Positions 1 through 13,899 of a stretch of 49,691 nucleotides of DNA are shown here, in pieces; position 1 is the first letter of the stretch, and each line of letters opens with the position of its first letter. The translations under genes were made by a program, and so were the position numbers. The DNA lies in contig JAQGDQ010001286.1 of NCBI GenBank assembly GCA_030141605.1, positions 1 through 49,691 on the forward strand, read 5' to 3'. Source of the stretch: Tubiluchus corallicola. Its lineage: Eukaryota > Animalia > Priapulida. The notes under the pieces were generated by a model. The model was not told the DNA's origin. It ran no database searches and saw nothing but the letters and a program-made list of their open reading frames with translations.

Positions 1-62
1 TTATTAACTAACTAAGAAAACAACCAACTAACTAATAACTAACTAACTAACTAACTAACTAA
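1..62. repeat. (ACTA)n-type microsatellite
   Basis: Imperfect AACT/ACTA tandem repeats at the window start. Confidence 0.8.
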
Positions 63-1774
63 ATCATAGCTAGTTACGTAGCTAATAGCTATATGACCTA
101 AGATACCTAAGATGAGACAATGAACTGCCAGAACCAGAGGAATTGGCCATGCTCGCCTTCACATACACCGTCCTCGAAGGAAGTAGTCTCACATAGCGCA
201 GATGAAACCGCGAAGATACAATCTGATATTAAAAATAGTAAACAAACCAGTCATAAATTGTATCAATTATAGCAAAATGTGGTTTCAGATAATACAGCAA
301 ATTTCCCGATCAAGAGCAGCTGTTAAATCCTGCATGACTAAAATGACATCTTTTCTCTGTCTAAATCACTACTAGGATTAAATTAGTTTCTATCTTGATC
401 ACAAGAGGCTGTGTACGCGCCAGAGATCTCAACTTCGATAATGACACTGGGATGTAATTTAAGAAAAGCTGCTCATAATTAGATACTGACATTAATGTCA
501 CATTGAGAAACGGAAATTTAGCACATTTAAAATACATTTCCCTTTGGAACTGAGCTGAAATACAGCAATTCAATCACACACATTGTATTGTAGTGTAACC
601 TTGTAAGTTATGTGTTTGTATGTTATTTAATTGTTGTTTACTATTGTTATAACTGTATTCTGAATATGAACTTTATGTTTGGAATAAACGATAAATCAAA
701 TCAAATCAATCAACATATTTTACTGTACCCATTTTTCTGCGGTCTGAGCACAAAGGACAAAGATATCCTCAAATGATGTCTTTTAATTGTGGCACATTGC
801 ACTGAATGAAATATGCTTGACCTAACCAATTACGAAGCCATTACGCTTTGTATAGAATTTTGTTTGTGTCACTGCTTTATTAGCGTTGCATATTACAAAA
901 TACGATACGTAGCAGTATGACTTCTGTGCCATAGCAGGGACTCATGACCTACTGTACGGTACTGAGAGGTATGATTGTATACAAGTAAAAGTACTTTTTA
1001 AAATGCGCCAATTTTCCGAGTTAATAGAACATGCTGCTCCTTCAACTTCCCTGACTTCCTCTTTTTTTCAGAAATACAAACAACATCATCAACTCCTGGT
1101 TGGAGTAACAAGTCAAATTTTGAACAAACAAGCGGCGTTCATTCTGCACTCTGCATTAAAAAACCTCCAACGTGATTTCATTAGGCAAGCTATTACAGCC
1201 AACTATCGGTGTAATTTTCTCAGAAATATAAACTTCTAGTAGTGGCTAGTCTTTTTGTCACAATGATTAATAACGACGGTATTTGGCATTTTGGGGAGAA
1301 TGCTGCGTCAGAATGGAAATCAGTTTATTTTAAGGTTATCGCCGGCTCAATTACAAGTTAATGCTTGCCTAATTACCATGATGTAATACTATGCTCGGAA
1401 CAGCTTCACCTTTGAAGCTGCAATTAACAGCAAATAACTGAGTACGAATAAATTGGATGGGCTGTGATTTATTGTTGAGGACTGCAATTTATTATTACAC
1501 CAAGTCTATGCATGACGGTGACCGCCAAGTTTATTGGTCAGTTTTTTCCAAGAACAGTCTCAAAAAGTGCACCCAGGCACATAACTATAACAAATTGGAT
1601 GTACTAAGTGTTAAATAAAAGAAAATTTCGGTAGAAGTAGCAAAAGAAGTTTTTAATAATAATAGTAAATCGCGATAACAGTGACTAACTTCGTGTCTAT
1701 TATTTTTAACGTCTAGGTTTTCACTAGCCAAATATTTTGCATCCTTCTTTACTTCAAAAACGCTCAATTATTAA

Positions 1775-2323
1775 AGGAAAGACCAAACCTTCTGGGAAGT
1801 TAGGCTCATTTATATGTTTGCAAAGAACGTTAGAAAGATTTGGTAATAAAAGTGTGATAAGCAATTCACTTTAAAGTCGTGAACATTTTATACTTAGGCG
1901 CTCCCGTTTTTCCACCAATGACGTGTTTCATCGGTTGAAAACAGCTCACTGTCAATTTCCGTCAACAGTATAATAAATATAATATATATAATATAATAGT
2001 AGCTTTTACAAAAAATTAGATAGCTAATTTTGTGATATTTTTGCATAAACATTAGGTAAGCTGCAGATGTTTGAATTAGTTCAAGCAACGCGTGCCTACG
2101 GAAAGCCACGATGCGCTTACGAAAAGTTAGGAAATCCACCAGTTACGTCACAATTTCAAGAGAATGGAGGCAGCTACATAGCCTGAAAATTTCGATACAG
2201 CGGCAGTATAAATTAACTTTATGCTTTATAGACAGTTTTTTGCAAATTTCTTTGTCGTATTTTTCTATGTTTACGTGATAACAGTAAAATAAGCGCGACG
2301 TACTAAGTGACTTGTCATTTCCT
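1775..2323. mobile_element. Kolobok-like non-autonomous DNA transposon (MITE), ~550 bp
   Basis: TTAA at 1771-1774 and 2324-2327 flank imperfect TIRs (AGGAAAGACCAA ... TTGTCATTTCCT). A TTAA TSD with AGG termini is typical of Kolobok elements. Confidence 0.55.
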
Positions 2324-2409
2324 TTAACAGAACAGAACCCTAGAAATTACATTTCTAAACAAACAATTAAAGCAGTACAATAAAAGGTTTGTGATAGTGT
2401 GGAATAGCT

Positions 2410-2892
2410 AAAGAAGAAGCAAAGGTAATTTTAAAGTATGTCTCAAAAAACTTGCCGCACAAAGTTATATTAATTAGCATTACGTTTACCTGCTTGAAAG
2501 ACTGTAGTAACCAGAAAAGAAAATTCTTAATATTTTAAAATGTTCGCTCCAACTGTTAAGTGTCACTGGCTCACGTTCCCAATGTGCACCACTGGCTCAC
2601 CGAAAAACGTATCTTTAATCTTACTGACTAGATGCAGCAATCTGTAATTTTGCTTAGTTAGCAAAGAGTGTGCTGTAAACGCCCTGGTTATTTTTCAAAC
2701 TTTACGCAGTGTTATTTAAACTTATTTCTTACGAGCTACCGTCAAAATGGCTGCGCCTACGGTCATCGACAAGTTTTATACAGCATTACTACTAATACAA
2801 GCTCTTTGCGAATAAGGCAGTATGTAGGTGATTTAAAATTTCTAGACGAATTATTTTAGAGTCACGTAAATAAAAAGTTTTCTTGTGCATTG
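2410..2892 (+). mobile_element. Dispersed repeat family A copy (Kolobok-like MITE remnant)
   Basis: Shares the blocks 'cccaatgtgcaccactggctcac', 'tttgcttagttag' and 'aaaatggctgcgcct...gtcatcg' with copies at ~13.9-14.4, 15.1-15.7 and 19.3-19.7 kb. Confidence 0.6.
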
Positions 2893-3459
2893 ATGAGTGA
2901 CTAATACATAATTCGACAGACCGCAGATTAATCAGAGAAGACTGGTGACATTTGATGTGAAAAAAACAAGCTTTAGCTGATGCGTGCAAGCTATTTGTTA
3001 GTCAACAGTGAATGTGAATACAGCTTTACCTGTTTACCTGTTAAACATTTCTGATTAACTTTCGGATATCAGTAAATTTTCGCAGCTTCAATAAAATCGG
3101 CCTGCCATATATAATCTGGTTCTCTACGCGAATTGACGTGGCTTCTATTGACTATCGCTCGCACTCGAAGTGGACCGACGTTTGGCTTTCATTTACGCAT
3201 CGGTGTTGTTGAACGATCAGTCAATCCAAGCACTCGAAGATCAAGCTCTGGCTTCGCTTACGTACCAGCAGTGTTCCGTCAATCCCAATCTGAATAGGAA
3301 TAATTAGCTCTTTTCTGTTTGTTCTACTTTGTTCAGTGTTTTTCACGCGTTTACCCAACTGTAATTCACAGCTTAACGGCAGCTGCTTAGCTCAACAATA
3401 GTGGCACTATTCTGGTATTCCCAAGCGATATTTCCAATTCCTGAAGCGCATTTTTTTTG

Positions 3460-4036
3460 CTAGATTGTCTTCACAATTATATTTCTTTTTATATTTAAAT
3501 ACATTAACAACATCAGCAAACCATTCCAGAATAACAGATTTACCTTTTTTCCAAATCCTATCGTTAATTCCAGAACAAGCAATCTAAAACAAATTAGGAC
3601 AAATACCCAGTATGGAACGAACTCTGTAATCAAACAAGCAATTCTACTTTGGAATTCTCTACCATTACAGGTTAAACAAATCAAGTCCCTATCAGCATTT
3701 AAAACAATATCAAAATCACTAATATTAACCAAATATGAAATACCATCACCAGTAACGACAACATACACACTAATTCAGAATTCATATATCCACGGCCATA
3801 TTAATTAAATCATAGTTTTTTTCATTTTTTTTGTCCATAGTTGTAAATATGTTTGATTTTATTCGTCCTTACTTTCCATTACTGCACAGTAGTTTAGATT
3901 GCACTGACGCATTTGCCTTTAGCAGTGTAAGTTTTTATTAACTAACACTGATTGATCATCTCTGTAAAGTTTTTATCAGTGATTATCAATGTATTTTAAT
4001 GGCAAATAAAGATCATTATATATATATATATATATA
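3460..4036 (+). mobile_element. 3' fragment of a CR1/L2-type LINE (ORF2 C-terminus plus 3' UTR)
   Basis: + frame reads RTNTQYGTNSVIKQAILLWNSLPLQVKQIKSLSAFK, the typical WNSLP...S...FK end of CR1/L2 ORF2. It is followed by a UTR, AATAAA (~4005) and a (TA)n tail. Confidence 0.75.
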
Positions 4037-4356
4037 CTTCGAAGGCTTTCAAGCTCTAAAACTCCTTGTTGCTCTTTGTCCTCGAGGTTGTGGCAGCATA
4101 AAACTATACCTTTAACTCGAGGCACGCCTCATGCAGTGCCCTTCAAAAGACCTCATTTACATTTGTTTTAGATGCCAACCCTTGTGTTTAATCGACTTGT
4201 AATGTATAACTTTCTAGGTATTAAACCACTCATGTAAAATCTTGGTGTCTCTTTACACATTGGTAGCCGGGCTTATTGAGGATGTGGGAAAACAGGGACG
4301 TAACTCACTATCGAAGTTAATTCTCTGGGATGAGATGCTGAATAGGCAGAGGCGTT

Positions 4357-4780
4357 CTAGCCAAATTCGAATACGTTAACGTTTGGTTCAATTATTTTAT
4401 CGGAACTTTGTAATAAAACTTTATAAAATGGGTACCACAAGTTCTTGCAAACTAGTGGAAATGTAGCAAGTTTCTCAGAAACGCGATGCTTCATTGTAGC
4501 TGCTATGCAGATCAACTCCTGATAAATTCCGTTCTTCAAACGGGCTTTTTTGTGACTGGGCCATCGTTAGTTCCACTTAAACGAAACTTTGCATGGCTGC
4601 CGAACCTGTGAGTGATCAATTTTTTGTGGGCAGGACATTACACCAGGTAAAGATTGCTCTCAGATATCTGGGGCTTCGCGTGAAAATGCTGGAATAATTT
4701 TTGAATTTTGAGGTCAATTTGACTAAAGTATCTCATCACGAAACGCATACTCGTCACTTGGCATGCGTTATAAATTGAAC
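4357..4780 (-). pseudogene. Decayed exon resembling a TGF-beta-superfamily mature (cystine-knot) domain
   Basis: Strong acceptor ttttgtttctgtag|G at 4780. The phase-1 frame gives GSIYNACQVTSMRFVMRYFSQ...KPQISESNLYLV*CPAH...SHAKF, then after frameshifts ETCYISTSLQELVV and EPNVNVFEFG*. This parallels the C..CxGxCP..NHA..CCxPT..NMxVxxCGC order, but with stops and lost cysteines. Confidence 0.35.
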
Positions 4781-7184
4781 CTACAGAAACAAAAGCAATG
4801 CTTCTCTACGCACTTTATGATTAACAATTGTTATATGCGTACAAAGGATGAAAAGGAAGACTGAATTTACAAAGCTAAATGGAAAAAATCCTTTTTGAAG
4901 AAACTAACAAAACTCTTTCTCCTGCACTTTGAATTTGCAGGCCAAACGTGAATTTCGTGGTACAAACAATTCGTGCATTTCGAAACGCATCATAACTATT
5001 ATATAAAGCCGACCTTTATTATTTTTAAACAAGGGAAAAAATTCGGTTAACACAACAAATTTCGACAAATTCATTGATGCACTTGCAGCCGCAACAACAC
5101 GGACGATACGTTTTTGGTTACGAAAAACACGAAAATCACGAAAATTATTGCGTAAATTGTCTTTAACGTGAGCCTTTCGTAATGAAGAAAATTCATTAAA
5201 TCGGTTTGCGTTTAATTACTTACTGAATCCATAGATAAGGTCTCTAAGTAGGCTATAAACGTGAATTATGGAAATTTAACGTAATAACAAATCATTAAAA
5301 ACTGTAAATATTTCGTTGATTAAGGTGAAACCAGTTACTTACAGAGGGTGACTGAAATCTTTAAGCCCGTCCTGTACTTGGGAAGTTGGATTACAGAACC
5401 TGCGTTATTATTATTTATTTTATTTCAGATATTTACAGTCCACAAAACAAGAATAAAAATAAGGCACAAGTAAAAACACGTTTACAGAAACATAGCTTAT
5501 ATACAAGAAATTGTTAGTTAGAATGGGTAAATGAAATTCTTTGCCACGACTTAAAAATGTTTGATCTAAAAATTGATCAGCTTTGTACAGCAACGTATAA
5601 ATAACAGTATTCTGACTCAAAAACAGCCTACATCTCAGACTAAACGCAGCTTTCCTACTTATGCAGGAAAAACTAGGCACATTGTAGCTAACGTACATTT
5701 GGCTTGCGCTACACCAGCTAGGAAGATAAGAGTTCTCTAATTGCATTATTATAAGCAATACGTATTTATTCAATATTTCCTTTATCATGATTAAACACTG
5801 TGCTAATATATATTACTGCAATAATTGTACAGCATGCAGGTAAGTGAAAAACTAAAATTGTACAAGTGGAGATATAAGCATTAGATTTTGCAAGAAAGAT
5901 ATCCCGTATCTCTGAACTGCAGGTAACTCTTGCGATTCACGCACTATATCACTCACGCTGCAGTCACTCATTGTCATAATCATTCATTTCGCTACAATTA
6001 TGTTTGAAACCGATTAACCCATTAAACCCTGCGCGAAATTACGACTGATTATATATCTGTGTATCATCTAAGAAGTAAATTTAGCAGCTCATCTTTACAA
6101 AAGCAATCCTGATATATTAAAGATTTCTATAGTTAATAGGGACATAATTTCTATAACATCAATTGCTTACTATGGTGTACATAGGCGTATGCACATCGCT
6201 GGCATAAATGACGTCAAACGGAACTCGTTTTACAAAAAAAGCATTTGGAAAAGTTTTAATAACTTTCTATTTCTAGTAACGAAGCCATAATGCTAATATG
6301 TATGCAAATATTAGTAATAAGCAGGAATAAATATGAGTAAACACACGATACTCCTGCTACACAATCGGCCTGATACGTGATCGACCCGAATCTCATAATT
6401 GGTAATTCTATCTGTTGCCAAAGTATCGTAATTTAGCGTTATTTTATGACTAATAAATGATCAGTTGCTCTTACTACCTTGTCATAATGATGCCGCGATG
6501 TTAATAATTATTATACATATCAAGCGAAAGTAAGACGTGTGTTTTACCACCGATGTATATCGTATTTCTTAATGATTTTTAATGCTGTGACTGTCTCCAT
6601 GCGTGAAGCTTTGATATAGGTTCTTTTTTGCAGACCCGTTAGCCAATCACTTAGCACCGTTATAAGATTTCAGCTGTTCATGTATGTATTGTTACAATTT
6701 TCTGCATATTAATAAATACAGTTTAAACGGAAGTAAGACATAAACATCGCGCTCGCCATCGATACCATCACTGTAGACGCTGGCGTTGCTACTATTACGT
6801 GGCGTTGCAGGTTAATACGGTAGCCAACGGCGACTCTCGTTGGCTTTCGTAAAACATTTACAGTTAAAAATCGGCATTATTTTAATTTATGCCCTACAGT
6901 ATAACTTTAGAAATTGTTTGGTTGATTAAAATCATTAATCTTCTACAAATTGCAGGAAATTAACGATATTACCTTACCGAGATTTATTATCAGAAAATTA
7001 ATTATGTGACAGCAGAAAAGCTCAGCCAGTGTTGCTCGCATACTTGAAAGTGGGCGGTTGCAATAGCATTCCCTTATGGTGTTCAATTACCTGGTAATGT
7101 AGCCAGGAAGCAACAGCATCTAGAAACGCACAACAGGTTTTACAGGTAACAATAATGAAGGAACTCGATGGTATGGACACCTGA

Positions 7185-7332
7185 AAAGAAGAGTCGGTGA
7201 AGATAATGTGGGAAGGGAAGACATAAATGAAGAGATGGTCAACAACAGGAATGCGTGGAGAAGACTCATTCACAACGGCGACCCCGCATAGGGAAAAGCT
7301 GGGAAGAAGAAGAAGAAGAATGAAGAATGAAG
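7185..7332 (+). mobile_element. 3' end of an RTE-clade LINE with (GAA)n tail
   Basis: Reads DINEEMVNNRNAWRRLIHNGDPA* followed by GGAAAAGCTGGGAAGAAGAAGAAG, the typical RTE terminus. Confidence 0.7.
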
Positions 7333-8102
7333 AAACTTTTAAAAGGTCTAGTGATGTCAGTAATAAGCAAGCAATATCGTTTTTACAATCAACAAATTAC
7401 AGTTACCGGATATATTAATTTAAAGCGAAAACGCCTGGATTGTTGCAATTGTCAAGCAAAATGTCTCAAAAATAAACCATACAATAAAACCTAGGTTTTT
7501 TTGTACAAATGTGTTCAAATGTTTAGTTGATAGCTTCTTTCGCTTCATAGTGTACAACTGTGCATACATACCTTGTGTAGCTATTATGATTCTAACGGAC
7601 GAACTTCCGTTAAATTTTATTTAATGATTGTATCGAGAGTTGTAGGAATAACATACATAGTTGTTTGTTGGTATAAACATTGTTAGCAGAGCCAGGAGGT
7701 TTAACAAAAAGTCACCTAAAATTAAATTTTTCATGTAAAACCGCACCGCCTTCTCGTTTTTTAAAATGTTCAGTTTCAACAGTATTAATCAGCCGAAGTC
7801 CTCTGACAAGACAAAGGCAATCTAAATCTGTGCAGCTCTCTATGTAAGCGAGGAAACTTTTGCAATTCCTCAAGCTCAGTTCACTCGCCAAAGGAGGCCT
7901 TCATTACTGCGTGGGATCAACAGTAATAACCACCTCGAAGAATTTATTTGCAGGCTGATTATTACGTTCTTTGGAATTTTTGCACAAATGCGAAAAATAA
8001 GTTACAATGTATTCTCGCACATCGTTCCACGGTGATTTTTGCCAGAGATTTTTGTATTAACTTTGTCATGAAAGTTTGATCGGATTATTACATTTTGAGA
8101 AA

Positions 8103-8900
8103 AGATTATTATAAGAAATTAACTTTATTCATGAACAAAACAATACCATGTGCAATATAATGTAGATAAAGAATCACGCATCACACAAGAGAATCACACA
8201 TCCCAGCATTTGGGTGCAATCGTCACATTGAAACTGTAAAAAAACAGTAGAGATTAAATAGTTCACAATGTTTACAAGTTTATAAAAATAATATAATTAC
8301 AATAATGCGTTATTGCTATCGGTTGAATATGATTTTCTGTAATTAAGATTTATTTTTCTTTTTTCAAAACAGTTTTGTAATATAATTTGAAACTAAATTT
8401 GCAAGTTCACATTCAATTCAATTTGTCAGAAACATAAACTTTTCCTGTACCGCGAGATTTATAAAGTTTGGGAAAATGTCATTGATATAACAGAACATGT
8501 TGCGTCTTAAATCATTATAATAATTACATTCAAGAAATAAATACTTTTCATCGTCAATTTTTGATCATTACAAAAATGGCAAAGTCTGATGTTAACGGGG
8601 ATGTTAGTGGTGTGTCGAACTTTCTCAATTAGGAGGTTGGGTGAGCTAATACGCAACTTTGTAAAGTTTGCTCTTTTAACATGATTATTAGCAACAAGTA
8701 TTTCTCTTCTATGAATTCGTTTTTTAAACTTGGAATAAGTTCCTAACTTGTTCTTTTCGTTAATATTTTTACCAGTTTCTTTGATGACATTTTCTTTCAG
8801 TAAGTTGTATAGTTAGCTTGAAGTTTTGATTTCAGTAAATTAATAAATTGTTTGGGCTAAATTCACTCTGTGCTTTGAGTCTGCCAAACACGTGAGAATC
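8103..8900 (-). mobile_element. 3' fragment of an RTE-X-like non-LTR retrotransposon
   Basis: - strand, with frameshifts, reads KNKLGTYSKFK..EEKYL..RANFTKLRISSPNLLIEKVRH...RLCHFC...DDEKYLFLECNYYNDLR, the C-terminal zinc-finger-like motif of these LINEs. It ends with AATAAA near 8125. Confidence 0.75.
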
Positions 8901-9093
8901 CTACATAGATAACTCCTATAAATTTTAACGAACAGTCGATATGCTGTTCCAGGAGCTGGACAGTTTGCAAATATGTTTGCTATACTATTGAGTTTGGCTG
9001 ATAATTCACTATTCTTAACCCGGTGTAGTAGACTGTGCTTACAATTATATCAATAAAAAATGCCCACGTTCTTCCACATTACATTTTATGAAA

Positions 9094-10582
9094 GCTGTCG
9101 AGAACTACGTCAGCATGGCACATCTCGCGTTAAAGTGTTGTACTACAATCAATGACTGCCATATTCCAACTCAATATTGTAGTGTTTTATACGCCATTTC
9201 TATTAAAAAATAAAAAGGCCATTTACAAATTTGCATTTAACTGAAGGTTGCGATAAGCATAGTTACATTCGATAGTCAAATTAATCAACTTTATATTAAG
9301 CTAAAATATCAAATTAACTGCGCTCAGTTAGTCCAATTTAAGCTGTAATGATTTGCCTATTTTTGCATAACAAATTCTGCAGGTCTAGACTTTACTAAAC
9401 ACAAAATCACGCGGTAAGTAAACCTAATTTGGAAAATTTACTAATTTATACGATGTTCTATCAAATTTATAAGATTGTCATTCATTAAACTAAAGTGTTC
9501 AAAGTGATCAGTTCATAATCGTTCAAAATAATACAAAATGATGTATTTACTTACATCGTATGTCTCCATAAAGCAAATCTAGTATTTACCAATATATCTG
9601 ACAAATTATGCCACTATCATACTGTGAACAACTACTTTTAAAGAAGCCTGTTAATGTCTACCATTTAACTCGCTTGTCCAGGTAGAAACAGAACTGCACA
9701 GGTGAGTGACCGTGGTCACGTGACCAACGAGATACTTGGCGAAATTTCCTAGTGTTTTTACCATTTTTGCATGGATCTGCCCTTGCAAACTGCTTCTTGA
9801 ATATAAGGTAGTGTTAAATTTACCCATCGAAATCAATTACCCATGTAATTGTCATTCAAGTCTATAGTATAGCTGGCATCATGCCCAACTGGCCATGTAA
9901 TTAGCTGAATTAGGCTTCTTTCATAGATCTGTGTATAGTAATTTTTCTGTGCCAAAGGTCTAGCTAGTCAGGAGTCACATAGCGCTGACAATCACTATGT
10001 TGCTCCTTTGATCATTATCGTGGATGACCATAGACGCAGTATAACAGGTATGTTTAAGGTCTTTCTGTATTAGACTTAACGTATGCATTTAATGTAATCA
10101 TGTCGCAATTTAGTCAATTTGTAATTTCTTTTCTCTTTACTAAAACGTAGAACTAAATCGTAGGTCTCACATAATAGACCAGTGAACCTTTATTCCTAAA
10201 CATGTACTAATTATTCTTGTATCATTGTCATTGCAAATATCATCATTGTAAAAATGTAATATTCATCAATAATTATGCGAATATTTTAATTACTTGTTCT
10301 TGTTTTCGATACAAAAGTAAAAGTACATACATTTAGAAAATTGCTACAAATTAAACTCAATTCAGTATTAGTTTGCGTCGAAAATGCGAAAGTAATTGAA
10401 TTCAGGGCATCAGTTGCCCAGTTGCGCAAGTTTTGCTCTCCCGCCTATTTTTTCAAAAATTCGAACTTTTTACATAAAGTTAAAAAGTTAAAAACATTCA
10501 ATTAAATCGCTAAAACCAGATAAAATATTTTCGAAGAATAAAAATCAATCATTCATCGTAATAAAATTAAGCGTTTTCGACA
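9094..10582 (+). mobile_element. Non-autonomous TIR element, long copy (~1.5 kb)
   Basis: Starts GCTGTCGAGAAC and ends GTTTTCGACA. 9094-9140 and 9772-10582 are highly similar to 34544-35397. Confidence 0.7.
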
Positions 10583-12971
10583 AAAGCTCAAAGGAAGAAG
10601 CATTGTACATTCTTGTTCGGTCGGTCAGTTTGTCAGCTTGCGTTTAATGGAGTAAACTGCTTATCTGTCTTCCTGCTCCGCTTTCTATCTTCGTTTTTAG
10701 ATATTGTTTTTTATTCTTGCTTCCTTCCTCTCTTTCTCTTATTTGCTTGGTTTTTCGCCCTTACTTCGATTGTTCGTTCATTCAGTTTTTCTTCGTTTTC
10801 CTGGTTTTTAACTTCACATTTTGTTTGTCTTGCTTCGTCCGTTTATCCGTCCACTAGTCCGCCGGAATGTCCGTCCATCCACCCGTCTTCTGTACATGAT
10901 CATTCGTTTATTCTGTTGAGCAGAGTGGTTCGGGTGTGGGATGTGCAGTTTACTTTGCTTGGAGTAATCTGTTGTACTCACTGTGATAATGCAAACGACG
11001 ATGTGTAGGCAACTAATGCACAAACAATCAATTGCATAAATATTGTAGAAATAATTATTAAGCAAACAAACAAAAAATGTATGTAAAAAAACACATTAGT
11101 CAAACACAAATCTAACTACATTTGAATGTGCTAAATATTACAGTATCTACCTACAGTAAACTTACACTATCAAGTCGATAAACAAACAAATAAATTGGCA
11201 AATAATGCACAACAGCTAAACCTAACTAAAAGGAGTACCTATTTGCCTAACTACATGCCACCCCAAATGATGTAGTCCTCGCTAGCGCTACCATGATCAA
11301 CCGGCATTATCTCACTTAGAAAAGTACACCACGGAGGTTGCGTAGTACTACTAAGTTTAACGTAGGGCGCCTCTATGATGAGGTTGCAGTTCAGCGTCCA
11401 GATTCCACACAACTGCTAACATCAGATAAGCAAATACTAAATTGTGCAACTTACAGTCTCTGGGTTGTTACCGTACTGGGGGTGCCTCGTCACCTCAAAC
11501 ATGGATCCGCCTCTCAACGGTTTGTCGGTATGCCAATAGCACTTCCCAAGAATACGATCACAGCAATGAGACAATGTCTTAATTGTCACCAAACTTTGTG
11601 GAAATCTCTACCACCAAAAACATCTGCCCACTCAGTTGTCCAATAGTTTCAGACCTCACGGACAAAGTTACCGTACGACATAACTGACTACGTGGACAAT
11701 ACTGCTTGCACGTCATATCAGTCTACGTGCCATACCTGGAGTAAAGTTGCTGACCTCTTTTCGATACCTGCGAGAGTAGTCGTAGGCATAGGTATACGAT
11801 GGCTTCCTACAGCTATCATTACAAGCGAGTAAACTGGCCCTCCCGCAGTATTTACTAACCTTGGCTAATGGCTATAGGCTATAGAAACGATCTTTTTAAT
11901 GCTAATGGTATTTTACTTCCACATTTGAACAAAAGGTAGAATACATAATGATATGCACAGCATAGAAGGGCCAAAAATGAGTAGAGTTTGTGTTTTCTTC
12001 CAAAACTCTGCAACTGGGATGACCAACCAACTGACAGACCAACTGAACAAACACCACACTCGCATGACGCAAGCCACTGCACAAATCTATTTATGTGGGA
12101 AGCTGAAATGGACAACATATAATGGCGAAATGTGAACTGGCAAAATCTTTCACAGGCGAACTCATCATGTATCAAGGAAGGCGCATATCTGACCAGAAGA
12201 AAAACGGCAAGCAAAATGCATTCACTGACTGCAAGGAAGCCAGAGCAAACAAGTACTTTGGTATGAGATTTCTTAAACAAACTTTACCTATAACGAATTG
12301 GACTATTTCCCCCACAAAAAGATTCACAATTGACAATAGCTAGCCTTGACGCCAGGCGCATATCAGTTGCAAACTCCATGGCTGACTGTGAAAATACGTT
12401 GTCATTAGGCCTAAAATCGCAAAATTTAATGTAGTTCTACCTGACATAATGTAATGTTAATTAGATTTCGTTAGGCCTTCTTACTCCGTTACACCTTCCT
12501 CTAACCTGAGACCAACCGAAATTATGCATATTATATTGTAGCGTCTTTGTTGTAGCAGAAAAACTGCTCATGCTACTTTTTGCCCGTTCATGTTTACTTC
12601 ACGTAGCCTTGCTTGAAGCAATTATTTATGGGAAGCCGTTAATTATTTGTTGCAGTAATCTCATAATTTGCTTTACTGCATCGGCTTAACTGCTTGATTA
12701 ATTATTGCTTAGTGTCTTTTACTGAGAAAGTTCCCTAGATACTTTTTACATAGGAGTCGCTAGTACAGATTATTCTCAAGGACGAGTTAATATATATAAA
12801 TTCTAGGGCGCTATATAGATTTTTAATATTGTCAAGCACTTTTAAGATTTTCGTTGATAGTAACAAGCTATAATTTGTTTATTAGTGTTCTGAAGTAATC
12901 ATTTGCTGCAATACAAATATCGGTATAAACTCGGTATAAACACTAGCTAGGGCCTGTAGAGGGTCGAACTG

Positions 12972-13143
12972 TCATCATTGTCATCATCATCGTCATCATC
13001 GTCACCATCGTCATCACCATCGTAATCAGTGTTATCACCATCGTAATCAGTGTTATCACTATTGTGTTACAACGATTACCGACGTTACTTGCCAAATCCG
13101 TGTTGTTTTGCATCTGGTAGTGGTAGTGGTAGTGGTGGTGGTA

Positions 13144-13237
<94 letters not shown>

Positions 13238-13605
13238 TAGTAGTGGTAGTGGTAGTGGTAGTGGTAGTGGTAGTGGTAGTGGTAGTGGTAGTGGTAGTGG
13301 TAGTGGTAGTGGTAGTTAATAGTGGTAGTGGTAGTGGTAGTGGTAGTGGTAGTGGTAGTGGTAGTTAATAGTGGTAGTGGTAGTGGTAGTGGTAGTGGTA
13401 GTGGTAGTGGTAGTGGTAGTGGTAGTGGTAGTGGTAGTGGTAGTAGTAGTAGTAAGCAGCAGCAGCAGCAGCGGCAGTAGTAGCGGTAGCAGTAGCAGTA
13501 GCAGCAACAGTAGCATTAGCAATAGTAGTGGTAGTGGTAGTGGTGGTGGTGGTGGTGGTGGTGGTGGTGGTGGTGGTGGTGGTAGTAGTGTAGTAGTGTA
13601 GTAGT
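12972..13605. repeat. Compound microsatellite (CAT)n / (GTA)n / (GTAGTG)n / (GCA)n / (GGT)n
   Basis: Directly visible. It explains the poly-V/S/G/T ORFs in the track. Confidence 0.95.
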
Positions 13606-13899
13606 TAGCCGTAACTTCACCTTCAATTTAGTTAGTCAGAGAAACAGACGCGCAAATCTGATTACCTTTTTGTTCCCAAAGAGCTATGAGAATAACTAAA
13701 TCTTCTAACACATTAATAAACCATATCTACACTACGCGATTTGCAAATACAATTCTCAGCGGTATAATTACACACGAAGCTTCGTGTTCTTACCATTCTA
13801 AAACACGCAAAACATTGCGTAAGAAGCTTTGTTAAACTTTTTTGCACTGATAAAAAAATCAGAAAAATTATGAGATTTTATATTAATAGAAACTACGAA

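Noticed and set aside
1071-1620. Possible decayed exon after ttttttcag
   Set aside because: Frames are interrupted by stops and no family could be recognised.
12122-12343. Possible FLYWCH/MULE transposase fragment
   Set aside because: The resemblance is faint and the key Trp/Cys/His residues are missing.
13050-13601. Poly-Ser/Gly/Val/Thr ORFs
   Set aside because: These are translations of a microsatellite with no splice or coding context.
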